A program made the translations under genes and the position numbers. Below are positions 62,336 to 64,000 of a stretch of DNA of 64,000 bases, piece after piece (positions within the stretch are counted from its first letter, which is position 1; every line of letters begins with the position of its first letter). Source of the stretch: Mobula hypostoma (taxonomy: Eukaryota); NCBI RefSeq assembly GCF_963921235.1, contig NC_086100.1, forward strand, positions 160,952,001 through 161,016,000. The letters are read 5' to 3'. A model generated the notes under the pieces. The model ran no database searches and was not told the origin of the DNA. It saw only the letters and a list, made by a program, of their open reading frames with translations.

Positions 62336-64000
62336 TAATTTTTGCAGTTTATGTAGCAGCTTTCTTCAGTATGTGCTACTTGCCTTGCTCTGAGCCAATA
62401 CATTACTCAGAGAATGTATATGTACAAGTGCACCTTTTGCTGTTGATTGCAGTACTCCCAGAATGCTGTCAGATGTGGGAGTTCCAGGGTTTAAAACCCA
62501 AAAAATGATGAAATCATGATTGTGTGTTTCTTGGAGGAGAATCTGCAAGAAGTGGTATTCCTCTCATCTATCCCTGATTTTCAGTGTGCCAGGAAGAGTT
62601 TCAGAGGGAAATAAGACAACAGGTTCCAAAATATGTGCTGACTATCCCCTTATATGTCTTAAGACCAGGCACATCTGAGTCAGGAATGATCTCGGTAAGG
62701 GTTGAACAACCTGACAAATAGCATCCAAAGTCATGAGATGAAGAAAACATTTTCAGAACAAGCTAGTTGAATGTGTGCTAAATTTATGTTTGCTAATGTA
62801 AACCAATCACATGTTGAAGAGACATTATGGATCAGCATAGGTTTATTATTATCACAGTTACCAAAGGATAGTGACAAGATTTTGTTTTGCTTGCGATCAG
62901 ACAGTTTGTTCCATTCACTGGTACATTGAGACAGCCCAAAAAAAGAAAGCAGATTGCAGAATAGAGTGTGACAGAAACAAAGTGCAGCATTAGTAGAAAA
63001 ATATTGTACAAGGACCAACATATGCCATTTGGAACTCTTAATGGTTAAATGTAGAAATTTAGGCATTCATCTATAAACCTTGTGTACATTCTTCTGTTTC
63101 TGACTTGTTGTTTCTCCCTATTTCTTTGATGTTTTTCTTGATGAAGCATTACCTACGTTCAAGATATTTTTTTTAATGAATGGAAAGGGCAAATCTTATT
63201 TTGTAATTATTTCCAAGGCATTGGCAAATACCACAGGAAGTTAGAATCGCTTGCTTCCACATAGACCTGCTGGAATACTTTGACACTTTAGGGGCAATTG
63301 TAATTCCTTATTTACATATGTATTGCTAATCCCCACATGTTAACATTTCAGGTTCCCTTTCCCAAGTATCTTTTGTCTGAAATGGTTTCTCAAACAAAGA
63401 AACAAAGCCTGTTTAAAATAACAAAATGGAGAAGCTGCTGCTTAAAATAACTTGAACTTGACAAGGTTTAGATCCTTGGAGTCACTGATTACAATTGCCA
63501 CAGAACATCAGGGTAGTCCCAGAGTCCAGAGTGATTAGGACTGCTTTGGAATTAGATTTGCCCTAATTAACATTTAATAAAACACAGAAGTCCTCTCAGT
63601 CACATTTTTGTTCTGATAGATTTCATGTGGATAAAATTGCCCAAGTTGCAATAGAACAGATTATTAGAAACATTAGAGTTGATGCTTTCTCTGTCATTGA
63701 TCATCAAGCCTGATTGTGCACATGAACCTTAATAGTGAAATGTCACATACAACCATGGTAGAGCCAAACCTAGCTTTCCATGTTAAATACAAAAATACCA
63801 AATGGCTTTGTTTTTAGCAATGTGAAAGATACATGTGAAAGGCTTCCTGCAGGGGCCAAACACATTATAACTCACCCAGATGGGCAATTACCTTGTCAGT
63901 GCCTGCCTCCACAGTGTCAATAATTGGTATGAAGTTATGCATTTTAATAAATAATGTTGTGTGATATTATTTCTGTATATGCCTGAATTATGCACTTGCC

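Overview
Eukaryotic, AT-rich, repeat-dense vertebrate DNA. The mix of CR1, Rex1/Babar, L2, Penelope and V-SINE-like repeats suggests a cartilaginous fish, probably a ray (inference). I can support only one host coding exon: a 205-bp + strand exon at 19094-19298 (…LSLRLMMQDCTAVKTMLLKLKRILQE) that I recognise as CCSER1/FAM190A, so the rest of the window is most likely two very large introns. Nearly all other listed ORFs are transposon debris or noise. The most interesting signal is a dense population of Penelope-like element (PLE) pseudo-LTRs carrying minimal hammerhead ribozyme motifs (CUGANGA…GAAAC-GUC). It includes (i) three young ~170-210 bp fold-back hairpin insertions with 11-14 bp target-site duplications (TSDs), one with its inverted arm ending exactly at the predicted ribozyme cleavage site; (ii) a 373-bp retrozyme-like tandem-pLTR insertion with a 13-bp TSD; (iii) a 45-bp micro-insertion; and (iv) a GIY-YIG fragment with a twin-priming-type inversion. 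Also notable: a composite Tc1-type element whose ends are themselves hairpin MITEs, an apparently complete antisense bias of Rex1 LINEs, and a perfect 54-bp (CA)n-TA-(TG)n palindrome. Everything was read by eye, so boundaries of old repeats are approximate.
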